From Dictyostelium discoideum (lineage: Eukaryota), in assembly GCA_000004695.1 (NCBI GenBank), contig CM000154.2, positions 224,001 through 288,000 on the forward strand: DNA of 64,000 nucleotides. The letters run 5' to 3'. Each line of letters starts with the position of its first letter. The first letter of the stretch is position 1. Positions 27,848-39,594 of this stretch are shown in pieces. Both the position numbers and the translations under genes were made by a program. The notes below the pieces were generated by a model that did not search any database, was not told where the DNA came from, and saw only the letters and a list, made by a program, of their open reading frames with translations.

Positions 27848-29493
27848 CTAATTATCACTATCAGAATCATTATTATTATTATTATTTTCTTGTTCTTTTG
27901 TTATTGGTTTTTTAGCAGATTGAATTTTATTTCTATAGTTTGAAAGATTATTACGATTATCTTTTTTAACATTCTTTTTAGCAGATTTCTTTTTCTTTAA
28001 TTTTCCTAAACCATCTTCATCATCTTCATCATCTTCATCATCTTCTAAATTTAATAATGATAAATCCAATAATTTACCATTATCACCTAAATAGACAGTA
28101 TCGACTCTTGTTTTTAAAATTCTACAAGATTCACCAATCATTGAACTACATGAACATTTCTCACCTGTATGACTGTAGGAACCTAATTTATTGTCACAAT
28201 TTGGACAAACCACTTTGAAATTGTTTTTGGTGATATCAACTTTCATCCAATCCAAAGGTGGTAAAAAGAATGATTTACAACCGATGGAATGAGTTGCAGT
28301 TATATAACTATTGCCATTGTAAATACCTTCACCAATGTTACCAGTAGCTTGTTGCAATTCCTTATTCTTTTGTTTAATATAATTATGATCCAATACCTTT
28401 GATTTCTCTTCATGCGAAATGATCTCACCATGTGTAAATAATTTTGATCTACATTTTTTACATGAATAATGAATATTCTCTTGTTGATCCTTTGTTAATT
28501 TTGAAATATTTTTATTAATTTTTTTAATTGTTTTTGATTCTTCATCTTCATCACTCTCTTCTTCTTCTTCTTCTTCTTCATCACTCTCTTCATCATCATC
28601 ATCATTATCATCTGAATTAATTTCATCATCCATTAATAAATTTAATTCTTTTTGTTGTTGTTTAATTGATTTTTTATTAAGTTTTTCAATTTCTTTTGAT
28701 GATTTAGTAGTGGTAGTAGTAGTGGTAGTGGTAGTAGTTTCTAAATTATTATTATTATTATTCTTTCCTTTACCTTTTGATGCTTTTTTTTTATCAATTG
28801 ATTTTTCTTCATTCTTTTCTTCAGTTTTTTCTACACTATTTTCTACACTATTTTCTTCACTATTTTCTGTTGTTGTTGTTGTTGTTGAATCTAAAGAAAG
28901 TGAATAAAATCTTTTAGAATTTTCTTTAATTTGTTTTGATAAATCTTTAACAGACATATTTAAAGAAGTTGCAGCAATATCTAAAACAAATGGAAGATTT
29001 GAAGGTTCATTTCTTGATTCACGAACATGTTGATCTGGTATATTTTGTGGAGTATTATTTGGTGAATCAGATACCAATAAAATTCTATCCAATGGTACTT
29101 TAGTAATGAAATCTCTTAATTGGTCACCTTTATCCGATTGTTCACAAAGTAAACCATTGAAACTGATATAGAAATCCATATCGACGAATTTCTGTAAGAA
29201 ACTACTACTACTATTGAAACAATAGATCATACCACGAATAATATCTTTTTTACTATCTTTTAAAACTTCTAATAATCCATCACCACCTCCAAAATCTTGT
29301 AAAACAACTGGTAATCCCAATTCAGCTGCTAATGAAATTTGTGCTTTCATAAACTTTTCTTGTGGGAATTTTAATCCATAATCTCTTTCATAATCTAATC
29401 CTGTATAAATACCAACAACATTTTGATTAATTGAATGCTAAAAAATCATAAAAAAACAATAATAATAATAATAATAATAATAAAAGGTTAATA

Positions 29494-29534
<41 letters not shown>

Positions 29535-29973
29535 AAAATTATATACATACAGTTTTTAATTGATTAATTAATTGTAAAAATAATTTATCACTCATTTTTT
29601 TTGAACTAATATTTGATGGATGAATACCAACTACACTATAGATAGTACCAGGATTTGAAATTGAAGTTTTAATTGAATTTTCAGATTTTTCAAAATCATT
29701 GGTAATGATAACGATTGCATCTACATGTTGTTGTTTTGCTCTATGAATTACACGACCTAAATCATTCTCTAAATGTCTATTGACCAAGTTTGCACCTGAA
29801 TCAATGATTGAATTTTCGTGTCCTGAATCGTTGAATTCTGGTATTGGTTTGGTTCTACCAAGTGCCTCTTCTTGAACTTGTGATGAGCTTTGTTTCTTAT
29901 CTTTACCAGTTTTTCTTAAACTTGTTTTTTTACCTTCTCTATTACCTGCTCTATCAACTGTACCTCTAAACAT
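27848..29973 (-). CDS. TatD-family (TATDN1-like) metal-dependent nuclease with long acidic, zinc-ribbon-containing C-terminal extension; exons 29551..29973 and 27848..29437
   Basis: Exon 1 (track ORF 29539..29973) has IIDSGANL (TATDN1-type first motif) ...VVGIHPSN and ends at a GTATGT donor. The acceptor ttttttag is in phase to HSINQNVVGIYTGLDYERDYG...LPVVLQ...RGMIYCFNS...ISFNGLL...LLVSDSP...RNEPSNLPFV (TatD motifs). These are followed by poly-Thr, poly-Glu/Asp and CKKC...C..C / CPNCDNKLG...C.C cysteine clusters. Confidence 0.75.
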
Positions 29974-30294
29974 TTTTTATTATTATTCGTCGTATTTATT
30001 TTTGAACAACAAAAAAAAAAAAAATAAAAAATAAAAAATAAAAAATGAAAAAAAAAAAAAAAAAAATAAAAAAAAAAAAAAAATAAAAATAAAAATAAAT
30101 TTTTTTTGTGCTTTGAAAAAAAAAAAATAAATAAAAATAAAATGTTCCATTAAAGGCAATAAAACCTAATGAAATTGGGACAAATGTTTTTTAAAAATCT
30201 ATAAATTGATCGAATGAGATAATATATTTAAGAATTCTGAAAAAACAAAAAAAAACTTTTTTAATGGAAGGGATTTTTAATCAGTTTAAAAATG

Positions 30295-30326
<32 letters not shown>

Positions 30327-30685
30327 TACCCTGTTTTTAAATATTTTAGTATTTAAAATTAAATAAATAAAGAAAATAATAAAATTGTAATTGATTAGAT
30401 TATTTGGTCGAATGAGATTAGATTTGGAAGCTCTGATTCTGAGATACAATTAATATAATATTTATCCATTAAAGGAAATAAACAGTAATTATAATAAGAA
30501 AAATAATGATTAACAATTAAACAATAATTAATTTATTTAGTTTTATATATCTTAGAGTTTTCTTTCGAAACTTCTGGGTCGAAAATAACTATAACTCGAA
30601 GACTATAAAAAAATAAAAAAAAATTAAGTTTGTTTTGACACTCTTTACATTATTCATATAATATTAATTGTTCTTTTAAAGAACT

Positions 30686-30703
30686 GGAATCGAACCTACG
30701 TTC
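30686..30703 (-). promoter_or_regulatory. ex-B box (GAACGTAGGTTCGATTCC on minus strand) about 24 nt downstream of tRNA-Ala
   Basis: B-box-like GGTTCGATTCC copy just 3' of a tRNA gene and T-run, as is characteristic of Dictyostelium tRNA genes. The same motif follows the other three tRNAs in the window. Confidence 0.6.
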
Positions 30704-30726
30704 AATGAAAACCCGATCGGAAAAAA

Positions 30727-30799
30727 TGGAGAAGAAGGGTATCGATCCCTTTACCTCTCGCATGCTAAGCGAGCGCTCTACCATCTGAGCTACATCCCC
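30727..30799 (-). tRNA. tRNA-Ala (anticodon AGC), 73 nt, followed by a TTTTTT terminator
   Basis: Minus-strand sequence GGGGATGTAGCTCAGATGGTAGAGCGCTCGCTTAGCATGCGAGAGGTAAAGGGATCGATACCCTTCTTCTCCA folds as a cloverleaf: D-arm GCTC/GAGC, anticodon loop TTAGCAT, T-stem AAGGG/CCCTT. The acceptor stem has one T:T mismatch (positions 6:67) and one G:T pair. Confidence 0.7.
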
Positions 30800-30941
30800 T
30801 TTGTTGATATTTTAAGGAATTTAGCCTACATATATATTAAATTAAAAAAAGTATAATAATAATAATAATATAATAATAATAATATAATAATAATAATAAT
30901 ATAATAATAATAATATTAATAAAAAAAATAAGAATAACAAG

Positions 30942-30981
<40 letters not shown>

Positions 30982-30989
30982 AAACTCTC

Positions 30990-31670
30990 CTAGAACACAC
31001 TCAAATTGAGTGATGTTATTAAAAAAAAAAAATATATTAAATTTATATTATATGGGATTTTCCCTGTATAGCTTGTCGTTCGTTACAATAATAATTATTA
31101 TTACTATCAATTATCTCTAAAAATCAGTTATTAGAAAATTAAATATTTTTAAAATTAGTATAATATTTTAATTATTAAGTTTTAGCAAAATGCCAACCCA
31201 TTTTATATATACTATAAAATGCAAATTAAATATAAATAAATAAACAAATTAAACTAACAAATAAAATATAATTTATATAAGTCTTTCTAGTATACCACTT
31301 CCGTTACATCTCAAGAAGAAGCAACTAATTTGCTTGAGTTATTCCATTCAAAAATATATATAATTTCAATCTTATATAAAAAAAGGAGGACCAATAAAAT
31401 CCTCTTCATAGAATAAATAAATAAATACAAAGAAGACAAAAAAAATACAAATTCATAAAGAGCTAAAAAACTTTGTGATTTAGAAGAAAAATCTCACTTG
31501 TGAGGCGAAAAATATAGCCCAGAAAAATCAGATTGTCTAACACTCCACAAATTCATAAAGAGTTAATCTTCCAGGACACCTATCTATTTTTATAGATAAA
31601 ATGAAAACAAGAATCTTAGGAAAAGCAACTAACAATTGCATTATCCAATTCAACAACAAAAAAATAGTAA
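30990..31670 (+). mobile_element. Degenerate retroelement 3'-end remnants (two diverged copies of the TRE5-type tail ...AGCAACTAA..ATTGC.TTATCCAATTCAA(A)n at about 31316..31350 and 31615..31668; repeated caaattcataaagag) upstream of tRNA-Ala
   Basis: Similarity to the better-preserved tails at 47221..47267 and 57112..57169 in this same window. Confidence 0.35.
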
Positions 31671-31716
31671 ATAAATAAATGAATTGAAATTACAAATATT
31701 TTTTTTTATTATTATT

Positions 31717-33151
31717 TTAATCTTTAAGTAAAATACCGACGATACCACCAATATTATAACCCATACCCAAGTAATTTTGACTCTTGTAATCAGAGATTGT
31801 TAATTTGAATTCAGTGGTAAGTTGATTACCATTATGGAAAATGTTAATGGTTTCTTTGACAATTACTTCGAGGATACCAAGTTCACCACTTTCTATATTT
31901 GTAGCAAGTGCTTTAATTTCACTAGCGAGATTTTGAACATTACAAGTTTCAAAAGCAATAGCAACTTCGAGTAAACCACTACCTAAATCCATTAAACCTT
32001 GTTCAATTAATGGTTTTGAAAGTCTTGAAAAACCTGAATCAATTAATTGGAATGCATTTTCGAAATCAGTGATAGATGAACCAACACTTTGGAAACAAAG
32101 TTTAGTATTTGATGCAACAGTTGAAACTAAACCTTCTGCCAAACCCAAAAGGAATTGACCAACATCGGTCCAACCATTTGGGTGAGAACTACTACCACCA
32201 TGTGAACCACTACCACCACCACTACTACTGCTACTATATTCTGATGAACCAGTTAATGATGGATTACCTGAATAACTACCTGAACCAGTTGATGTACTAC
32301 CACCACTATTTCCACCTGTAAATGATGATCCACTCATTGAATCTGATCCACTCATTGAATCTGATCCACTCATTGAATCTGAACCACTCATTGAATCTAA
32401 ACGAGTTGATAATTATAATTATTATTATTATAGTGTTTCTTTTTTTTTTTTTTTTTTTTTTTTTGTTAAAAATTAAAAACTTACCTTGAGATGAACCACT
32501 TCCTGAACCAGTTGTTGTAAATGATGAAGAATCAGATTGTGATGATCCTGATGATCCTGATGATCCTTGAGAACCGGTAGTAGTGAAAGATGAGGAATCA
32601 GATTGTGAAGATCCTGAAGATGAAGTTGTTCCACTTGATGGACCAGATGAGGCACTACCAGATTGTGATGATTCAGATTGTGATGATTCAGATTGTGATG
32701 ATCCTGAAGATGAAGTTGTTCCACTTGATGGACCAGATGAAGCATTACCAGATTGTGATGATTCAGATTGTGATGATCCTGAAGATGAAGTTGTTCCACT
32801 TGATGGGCCTGATGAAGCATTACCAGATTGTGATGATCCACTTGATGATGATGATCCACTTGATGTACCTGATGATGCATTACCAGATTGTGAACCTGAT
32901 GATCCTGATGATGATGATCCTGATGATGCATTACCAGATTGTGAGCCTGATGATGATCCACTTGATGATCCACTTGATGATCCACTTGATGACCCACTTG
33001 ATGATCCTGATGATGCATTACCAGATTGTGAACCTGAACTAGTATTATTTGAAGCTGATCCACTTGATGAAACAGTTCCTTTTTTTTTTTATCCAAATCA
33101 ATATTTCATTTTTAAAAATAATAATGTAAGAATTAAATAAATCCAATATTT

Positions 33152-33196
<45 letters not shown>

Positions 33197-33558
33197 AAGT
33201 GTGGTTGAACATTTCCCCAAAAACTTATTTTGTGTTTTAAAAAAAAATATAAAAATAAAAAAATGAAAATGAAAAAAAATAAAAATTCTTACCTGAAGAT
33301 TGACCAGTTCCTGACCCACTTGATGATGATCCACCACCGCTACCACTACCACTTCCACTTCCTTTTTTTTTTTTTATTAATAAAGAAATATTAATAAATA
33401 TTTCAAAATAAAAAATAAAAAAATAAAAATAAAAACTCACCTGAATTATTATTATCAAATGGATTTACTCCACCATCATTTTTAATAGAAATAGCATTTG
33501 ATAAAACTGCAAAAGCTAAAATCAAACCAACAAATAATAAAATAATATTAATTTTCAT
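31717..33558 (-). CDS. Secreted Ser/Gly-rich protein with signal peptide and about 150-aa C-terminal globular domain; 4 exons: 33441..33558, 33293..33361, 32485..33078, 31717..32396
   Basis: Exon 1 encodes MKINIILLFVGLILAFAVLSNA (signal peptide) and ends at a GTGAGT donor. Exon 2 (GSGSGSGGGSSSSGSGTGQSS) ends at GTAAGA. Exon 3 is about 198 codons of SSSGSSQSGNAS repeats and ends at GTAAGT. Exon 4 (track ORF 31717..32391) gives DSMSGSDSM...GWTDVGQFLLGLAEGL...GIVGILLKD*. All acceptors are (a)n-ag and all phases (1,1,1) agree. Confidence 0.6.
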
Positions 33559-33832
33559 TTTATTTTATTATATTTATAATGTGATGAAATTGTTTAAAAA
33601 AAGAAAAGAAAAAAAAAAAAAAAAAATTTAAAAAAAAAAATATTCAATCAAAAAACATAACTTTTCGAAAAGATATTTATTTTTATACTCACAAAAAATA
33701 TTTTGAAACGCCAAAGTACAATTTTATTTTTTTTTTATTTTTTTATTTTTTTATTTTTTTATTTTAAAAGCCCAGGACCAAAGTTTAAAAATATAAAAAT
33801 TATTGTAAAATAAAATATGGTTTAAAATAACT

Positions 33833-33867
<35 letters not shown>

Positions 33868-33908
33868 TGATTTTTACAATAAATATAATTTTATTTTTTT
33901 ATTTTATT

Positions 33909-35024
33909 TTATTTTGATTTATTTTTAAGTAAAAAAGTTGATCTAATTTTTGAGCCAATTAAAATTACTAAACGACCAATTCCTAATGCGAGTATGAATA
34001 AAATAAAAGCAATACCAACTCTATAGGATTCTTGAGTTAAATAAGAAAATTCGCCTAATGGTGGTGGGAATAACATATAGTTGATATTTGTACCACTTAT
34101 GAAACAAAAGATTTCAAATACAAAGAAATGTGAAATACCAAATAAACCTTGAGAAATTAATGCATATGGTAATTCAAATTCAATATTATATCTATAGGCT
34201 TGTAATAAAAATGGTGCAATTAATAATGCATAATGTTGAATGAAAAAATTATAACATTCAAATGGTAATGTTAAATCTGCTAAATCTGGTGCTACTAATG
34301 CTGCAATTCTTTTTTTTTTTTTTTTTCAATAATAAAATTAATAATTTATTTATTAATTAATTAATCTTTTTTTTTTTTTTCATCATTATTTATTTATGAT
34401 TTTAAAAATACTTACGTTACTAATATATAATAAATTGAAATTTTAAAAACTTTTCTACCAAATTGATAATTATTTGTAAGTAAACAATAACAATAGATTG
34501 TGCTAACAATATGACATGGTTGAAGCATAAAAAATACAACTCTCCAACCACGAAGACATTTATAAATAAGATTTAAAAAAACATTGATTGCTAAAATAAT
34601 TGCTACAATTTTATTTAATAAACTTGGATAATCTTTTTCTGGAATTGGTTTTGGTTTTCTTTGATTTTCATATTCTCTTTTTTTATTTAAATTAATTCCA
34701 ACTGTTTAGAAAAAAAAAAAAAAAAAAATTAATTTCAACACAAACACACCATTTAAATTTGGTTATTAATTTTATTTTTATTTTTATTTTTATTTTTATT
34801 TTATATTTATATTTTTTTATTTATATTTTTTATTTATATATTTTTTTTATTTTTTTTTTTTTTTTTTATTTTGATTACTTACTAAATATAACTACTAAAT
34901 AAAATAAATTCATAAATATAAATTCATATGCATGTTGTTCTTTTGAAAGGAACCAATGACGATGATCGATTGGGTCTGATATACTGAGAAAAGTTTCACC
35001 GATTACTTCAATTAAGTATTTCAT
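33909..35024 (-). CDS. Hypothetical multi-pass membrane protein (about 300 aa), 3 exons: 34883..35024, 34416..34701, 33909..34308
   Basis: Exon 1 (MKYLIEVIGETFLSISDPIDHRHWFLSKEQHAYEFIFMNLFYLVVIF-) ends at a GTAAGT donor (plus 34877..34882). The acceptor aaacag is at 34702/34703. Exon 2 (...KCLRGWRVVFFMLQPCHIVSTIYCYCLL...) ends at a GTAAGT donor (34410..34415). The acceptor aaaaag is at 34309/34310. Exon 3 runs ...LIAPFLLQAYRYNIEFELPYALISQGLFG... to TAA at 33909. Phases 1 and 2 agree. Confidence 0.55.
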
Positions 35025-35199
35025 TTTTTATTACAATTGTATTATAAAAAAAAAGATTTTAAAAATAAAAAAAAATATAAAAAAATAAAAAAAAAAAAAA
35101 AAAAAAAATAAAAAAAATAAAAAAAAAAAAAAAAAAATTAAAAAAATTTTTTAGGAGAAAACGAATCCAAAAACGTTGGTATTCTTTGACATAAAATTG

Positions 35200-35230
<31 letters not shown>

Positions 35231-35376
35231 TAAATTCAATATCTAAATCTTTTTAATTTTTTATTTTTTTATTTTTTATTTTTTTTATTTTTATTTTTAT
35301 TTTATATTATTTTATTTTTAGATATTTGTTTTAAAATAAAAAAATAAAAAAAAAAATAACAATAATAAGAATATTT

Positions 35377-35921
35377 TTATAAAATTAAAAATGAAATTAA
35401 AATTGAAATTGCTAAAATTAAATATGAAAAAGTAAAAGAAGAAATGGCATTATTACAAATTACAAGAACTGTACAACTACCATCATTAAATTTGTGAAAT
35501 GAAGCATATGTACAATCTGGATTATCATAAGAATTATCTTGATCATTAATTGGGTATTGAATTGAATCTCCTTCAGTGAATGTACCAGATAATAAGAGCT
35601 CTTTTCCAGTTTCATTATATGACATATCAACTGTCCAAACTTGAATCTTTTCTGGATAATTTGGAATTGTATAATCATTGTAACTTGAACCAGATTTTCC
35701 ATAATCTTCAAAATATTTTGCACCACAATAACACTATAAATATAAATTAAAATAATTAATTTAAAAAAATCTTTTTTTATTTTTTCTACATCAATATTAA
35801 TTAATTTTAAAAAACTTACTTCATCACTGCAATAGCCAACCTTCAAATCAACTGATGCATTTACATTATATAAAAATACGGATAATATTAAAATAATTAC
35901 AAGTGAAAATGAATATTTCAT
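35377..35921 (-). CDS. Small (about 152 aa) Cys-containing secreted protein with N-terminal signal peptide and C-terminal hydrophobic GPI-anchor-like tail; exons 35820..35921 and 35377..35733
   Basis: MKYSFSLVIILILSVFLYNVNA signal peptide, then a GTAAGT donor (plus 35814..35819) and acceptor tatttatag (35734/35735). Exon 2 (CYCGAKYFEDYGKSGSSYNDYT...DNPDCTYASF...GSCTVLVICNNAISSFTFSYLILAISILISFLIL*) coincides with track ORF 35377..35625. Overall it is ponticulin-like in size and organisation; that part is speculative. Confidence 0.55.
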
Positions 35922-36566
35922 TTTTTTTTTTATTTTTTTTTATTTTATTTTTTTTTATTTGTTTTACAAGTTTTTATTTTTTATTTATTGTTTAAAATAA
36001 ATGAAATGAAAAATGGAAAAACGCCCCTTAAATAACAAAAAAATAAAAAAAAAAAGAAAACAAAATCAAAAACAAAAACAAAAAAAAAAAAAAAAAATTA
36101 TAATAAAAAAACAAAAGAAAAAAAACAAATTAAATATCTTCACCATTTTGTTTCTTTTTTTTTTTTTATTATAATAAAATAAAAAGATATTTTTTTTTTA
36201 TGACAGGTTAAAACAAGGTTTCATCAAAAATATCTTTTTTTATTTTTTTTTTAATTTTATTATTTTTTTTTTTTTTTGGATTCAAAAAAATATCCTAAAA
36301 AAAAAAAGTAATTTCAGAGAAAACTTAAAAGTAAATATTATTTGGCTTTAAATTTAACTAATGACACATAACATCAAATTACATCATCTGAGAATCATTT
36401 TTTCTGATACCAAAAAATTAATAATTTAAATTAAACACTTAAAAAAAAATAGTGAAAGTTTTTAAAAAAAAAAAAAACAAATTATATATTAATCTTTTAC
36501 AATTATTATAAAAAAAAAGTGTTTAAATTATTTATTTATTAATTTATTTTAAAAATTTTACTTCAA

Positions 36567-36598
<32 letters not shown>

Positions 36599-36618
36599 CC
36601 ATTATTATTTATTTATTT

Positions 36619-38444
36619 TTAAATCTCTTCTTCATCACTATCACCAGAATAACTTAAAGCAGCAGATGGTCTTCTTTTAAATATTGAAACAGCTAAACCT
36701 AAAATAAAAGTTGCAACAATTACCCAAGTACCATAATAAAATACAATACCAAAGAAAGAAATACCTAATTGAATACGTGAAGTTAAAAGACCAATTTCTG
36801 ACATAATACAAAGATCTGTTGGTGCATTAATTGTACATGGTATAACTGAAGTACCATTCAAATAGACTTGAGCACCATACATAACATATCTTGGTGCTAA
36901 ATTTACAATTTGCATATTTAAACATAAATTACTTAACATTAATAACACTGATGCAAGTAATAAACCTTGTGGGAAAGTTTTACGATATCCAAATTCAAAC
37001 ATCTTTAAATAAAATAAAGAGTTAATAAAGATTCCATTATTTTTAAAATTAAAACAAATAAATAAATAAACTTACATTAATCCATAAAAATCTAATACCA
37101 ATTCTAGTGATACCAGATAAAGTACAAGAATAAATGAAAAATATTAAACCACCAATAATGATATAATCCAATGGGAAATATGGGGCCAATTTGGTGAGAA
37201 TGATATCGAATGGATTTTTCAATTGTGGATAAGTTGAAAGGAAACCGCAAGCCGAACCACAGACACTACTTGAGATTTTATCGACCAACGATAAGACGAT
37301 GGAGATAATGATCAATAAAGAGACCAAGATAAAGATGAAACCAAAAATGAATGCAAATGGTCTAAAGATGACTAAAATCTTTCTAAATCCTTTGTTTGAA
37401 TTATCCAATCTTTCTGAACGTTTTGATAATGCTCTTTCCTTACCCCTCAACAATGAGAGGGTGCTTTGTTCTTTTTCTGATAATGATTTGCCCGATGCAT
37501 ACTTTGATGAATAGAAACTACTCTTTTCTTTAGCTTTCCAAAGATCCTTATTGATGTCGGATTTATCGTCATCGGTTCTCTTCTTACCTTTGATCAAACC
37601 AATTGGGAATGCTGATAACCCATAGGATGTGTAGACCGCAAACACCAAGAAACCCAATACTGTCAAACATGAAATAGCAAAAAGTACCGATGATTCAATA
37701 GCATTTTGATTGAGTACTTCATCATTGATCCAATCCTTTACATTTTGATCATCGATTGGTTTAGATCCTGGTCTAACAAATGCACCAACAACCAATAATA
37801 TAATTGTAAACAATATGAAAAATATTGTAAATTTACATCCTGCATAAACTCTTGAACATGTTGGAATATTTTCATCATATTCTTCATGATAAAAATATGC
37901 AAATGGTACTAAAATTAGTGAAACTCCTAAAATTGATCCATATAATACTATAAAAAAAATAAAAAATAAAAAAAAAAAAATTTATAAAAATAAATTAATA
38001 TTTTGTGTGTGGTGTATTTTTTTTTTTTTAATAACAATAAAACTTACTATAATATAACATTTTAACACCTTCAGTTCTTTGAGAGATTGAATATGGTGAA
38101 ATTTGTGTACCATCACTATGTGACATTGTTGAAACATTTAAAATATCAACTGGAATAAGCATAACACATAAAAGTGTTAATGTAAGTCCAATTACTGAAA
38201 TGATTGTTGTAATTTTTCCACTTTCATGTTTATCTGAGTAATATTTAACTATAAAATAATTTAATGCAATTAACGTCTTTTTTTTTTTTTTAATAAAAAA
38301 AAAAATTAATATATGTTATTATTGTTTTTTTTAATTTATATATTTTTATGGTAGCAGTATTTGTAAAGTGATGAATTAAAAAAAAAAGATATTTACGAGA
38401 AGAACACCTGCAAATGCTATCCACCCTACTGAAATGGGAAACAT
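36619..38444 (-). CDS. LMBR1-domain (LIMR/LMBR1-like) nine-TM membrane protein; 4 exons: 38397..38444, 38048..38276, 37076..37947, 36619..37002
   Basis: The exon chain MFPISVGWIAFAGVLL | TLIALNYFIVKYYSDKHE...LIPVDILNVSTMS... | ...(track ORF 37049..37813)...GIRFLWIN | MFEFGYRKTFPQGLLLASVLLMLSNLCL... uses donors GTAAAT, GTAAGT, GTAAGT. The acceptors aaaaag, ttatag and tttaaag are in consistent phase. The terminal exon matches the conserved C-terminal block of LMBR1/LIMR (R.T.PQ.LL....LLML). Confidence 0.65.
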
Positions 38445-39391
38445 TCTTTTTTTTACTTTTGTTTTATTTATATATAAATAAGAATTTTATATAGAGTTTT
38501 TTTTATTTTTTATTTTTTCTGTTTTTCTTATCTCTTTTATTTTTGTGGTGTGTGTAATTTTGGGAAACAATTGCAATAAAAAAATAAAAATAAAAAAAAT
38601 AAAAAATAAAATAAAATTTTTAAAAATTTTTTTGTTTTTTTTTTTTTCTTTTTTTTTTTTTTTCTTTTTTTTTTAATTTATAATTTTTTTTTATTTTTTT
38701 AATTTTTTTTTTTGGTAAAAACATAACAAATTTCCCATTTGAGCTTCAGATCGGAAATAAAATTTTTTTTTTTTTTTTTTTTTTACTAGGTTTTAATTTT
38801 ACCAATTTTTTTTTTTTGTATTTTTATTTTTACCTTTTTTTATATTCCAAAAAAGATATTTGTAAATATGGTAGATTTTTTTTTTTTTTTTTTTTTTTTA
38901 TATTAAAATTATTCATAAATTAAAAAGAAAAATAATGTAAAAACAATACAAATTCATAATAATAATAATGTTTGTTCAATATTATTATTTTTTTGGTAAA
39001 TACTCTGAATAAACCAATAAAGTGTAAGTGTTTTTTAATTCATTGAATATTTCCCAAAATTGATTTGAAAAAAGATTTTTTTTTTTTAAATTTTTTTTTT
39101 TTTAATTTAAATTATTTTTTTTTTTGATTTGTTTTTTAATCAAAAAAAAAAAAAAAAAGATTTTTATTAATTTAAAAACCTTTTTTTTTTTTCACATTAC
39201 TCAAAAAAAAAAAATATATATATATTAATAAATATATAAAAAAAAAAAAATAAACAAATAAAAAAATAAAAAAAATAAAAAAAAAATAAAAATAAAAAAA
39301 AAAAAAAAAATAAAAAAAAAAAATAAAAAAAAAAAAAAATATAAAACTTGCATTACAAAATAAAATAATATATTAAAAAAAATAAATAAAA

Positions 39392-39556
39392 ATGAAAAAC
39401 ATTTTTAAAGATAAAAATATTTATATTTTATCAGTTGAGAATGATCAAAGAGATAAATGTAAATCTTATTTAATTTCAAAAAAAGCTTTGGTTGAAAAAA
39501 GATTTTCAAAAAAGGTAAATAAAAATATTTTAATATTTAAAAAAACAATACATTTC

Positions 39557-39594
<38 letters not shown>

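Noticed and set aside
32473-33140. His/Gln-rich minus ORF (HQVDHQVD...) and acidic plus ORFs (DCDDSDCDDPEDE...; MRNQIVKILKMK...)
   Set aside because: Alternative-frame and antisense readings of the Ser/Gly-rich repeat exon. Only the SSSGSSQSGNAS frame splices in phase to the signal-peptide exon and to the C-terminal exon.
33098-33458. Minus ORFs 33098..33358 and 33237..33458
   Set aside because: They lie within the introns and short Gly/Ser exons of the S/G-rich gene and translate mostly poly-F/K.
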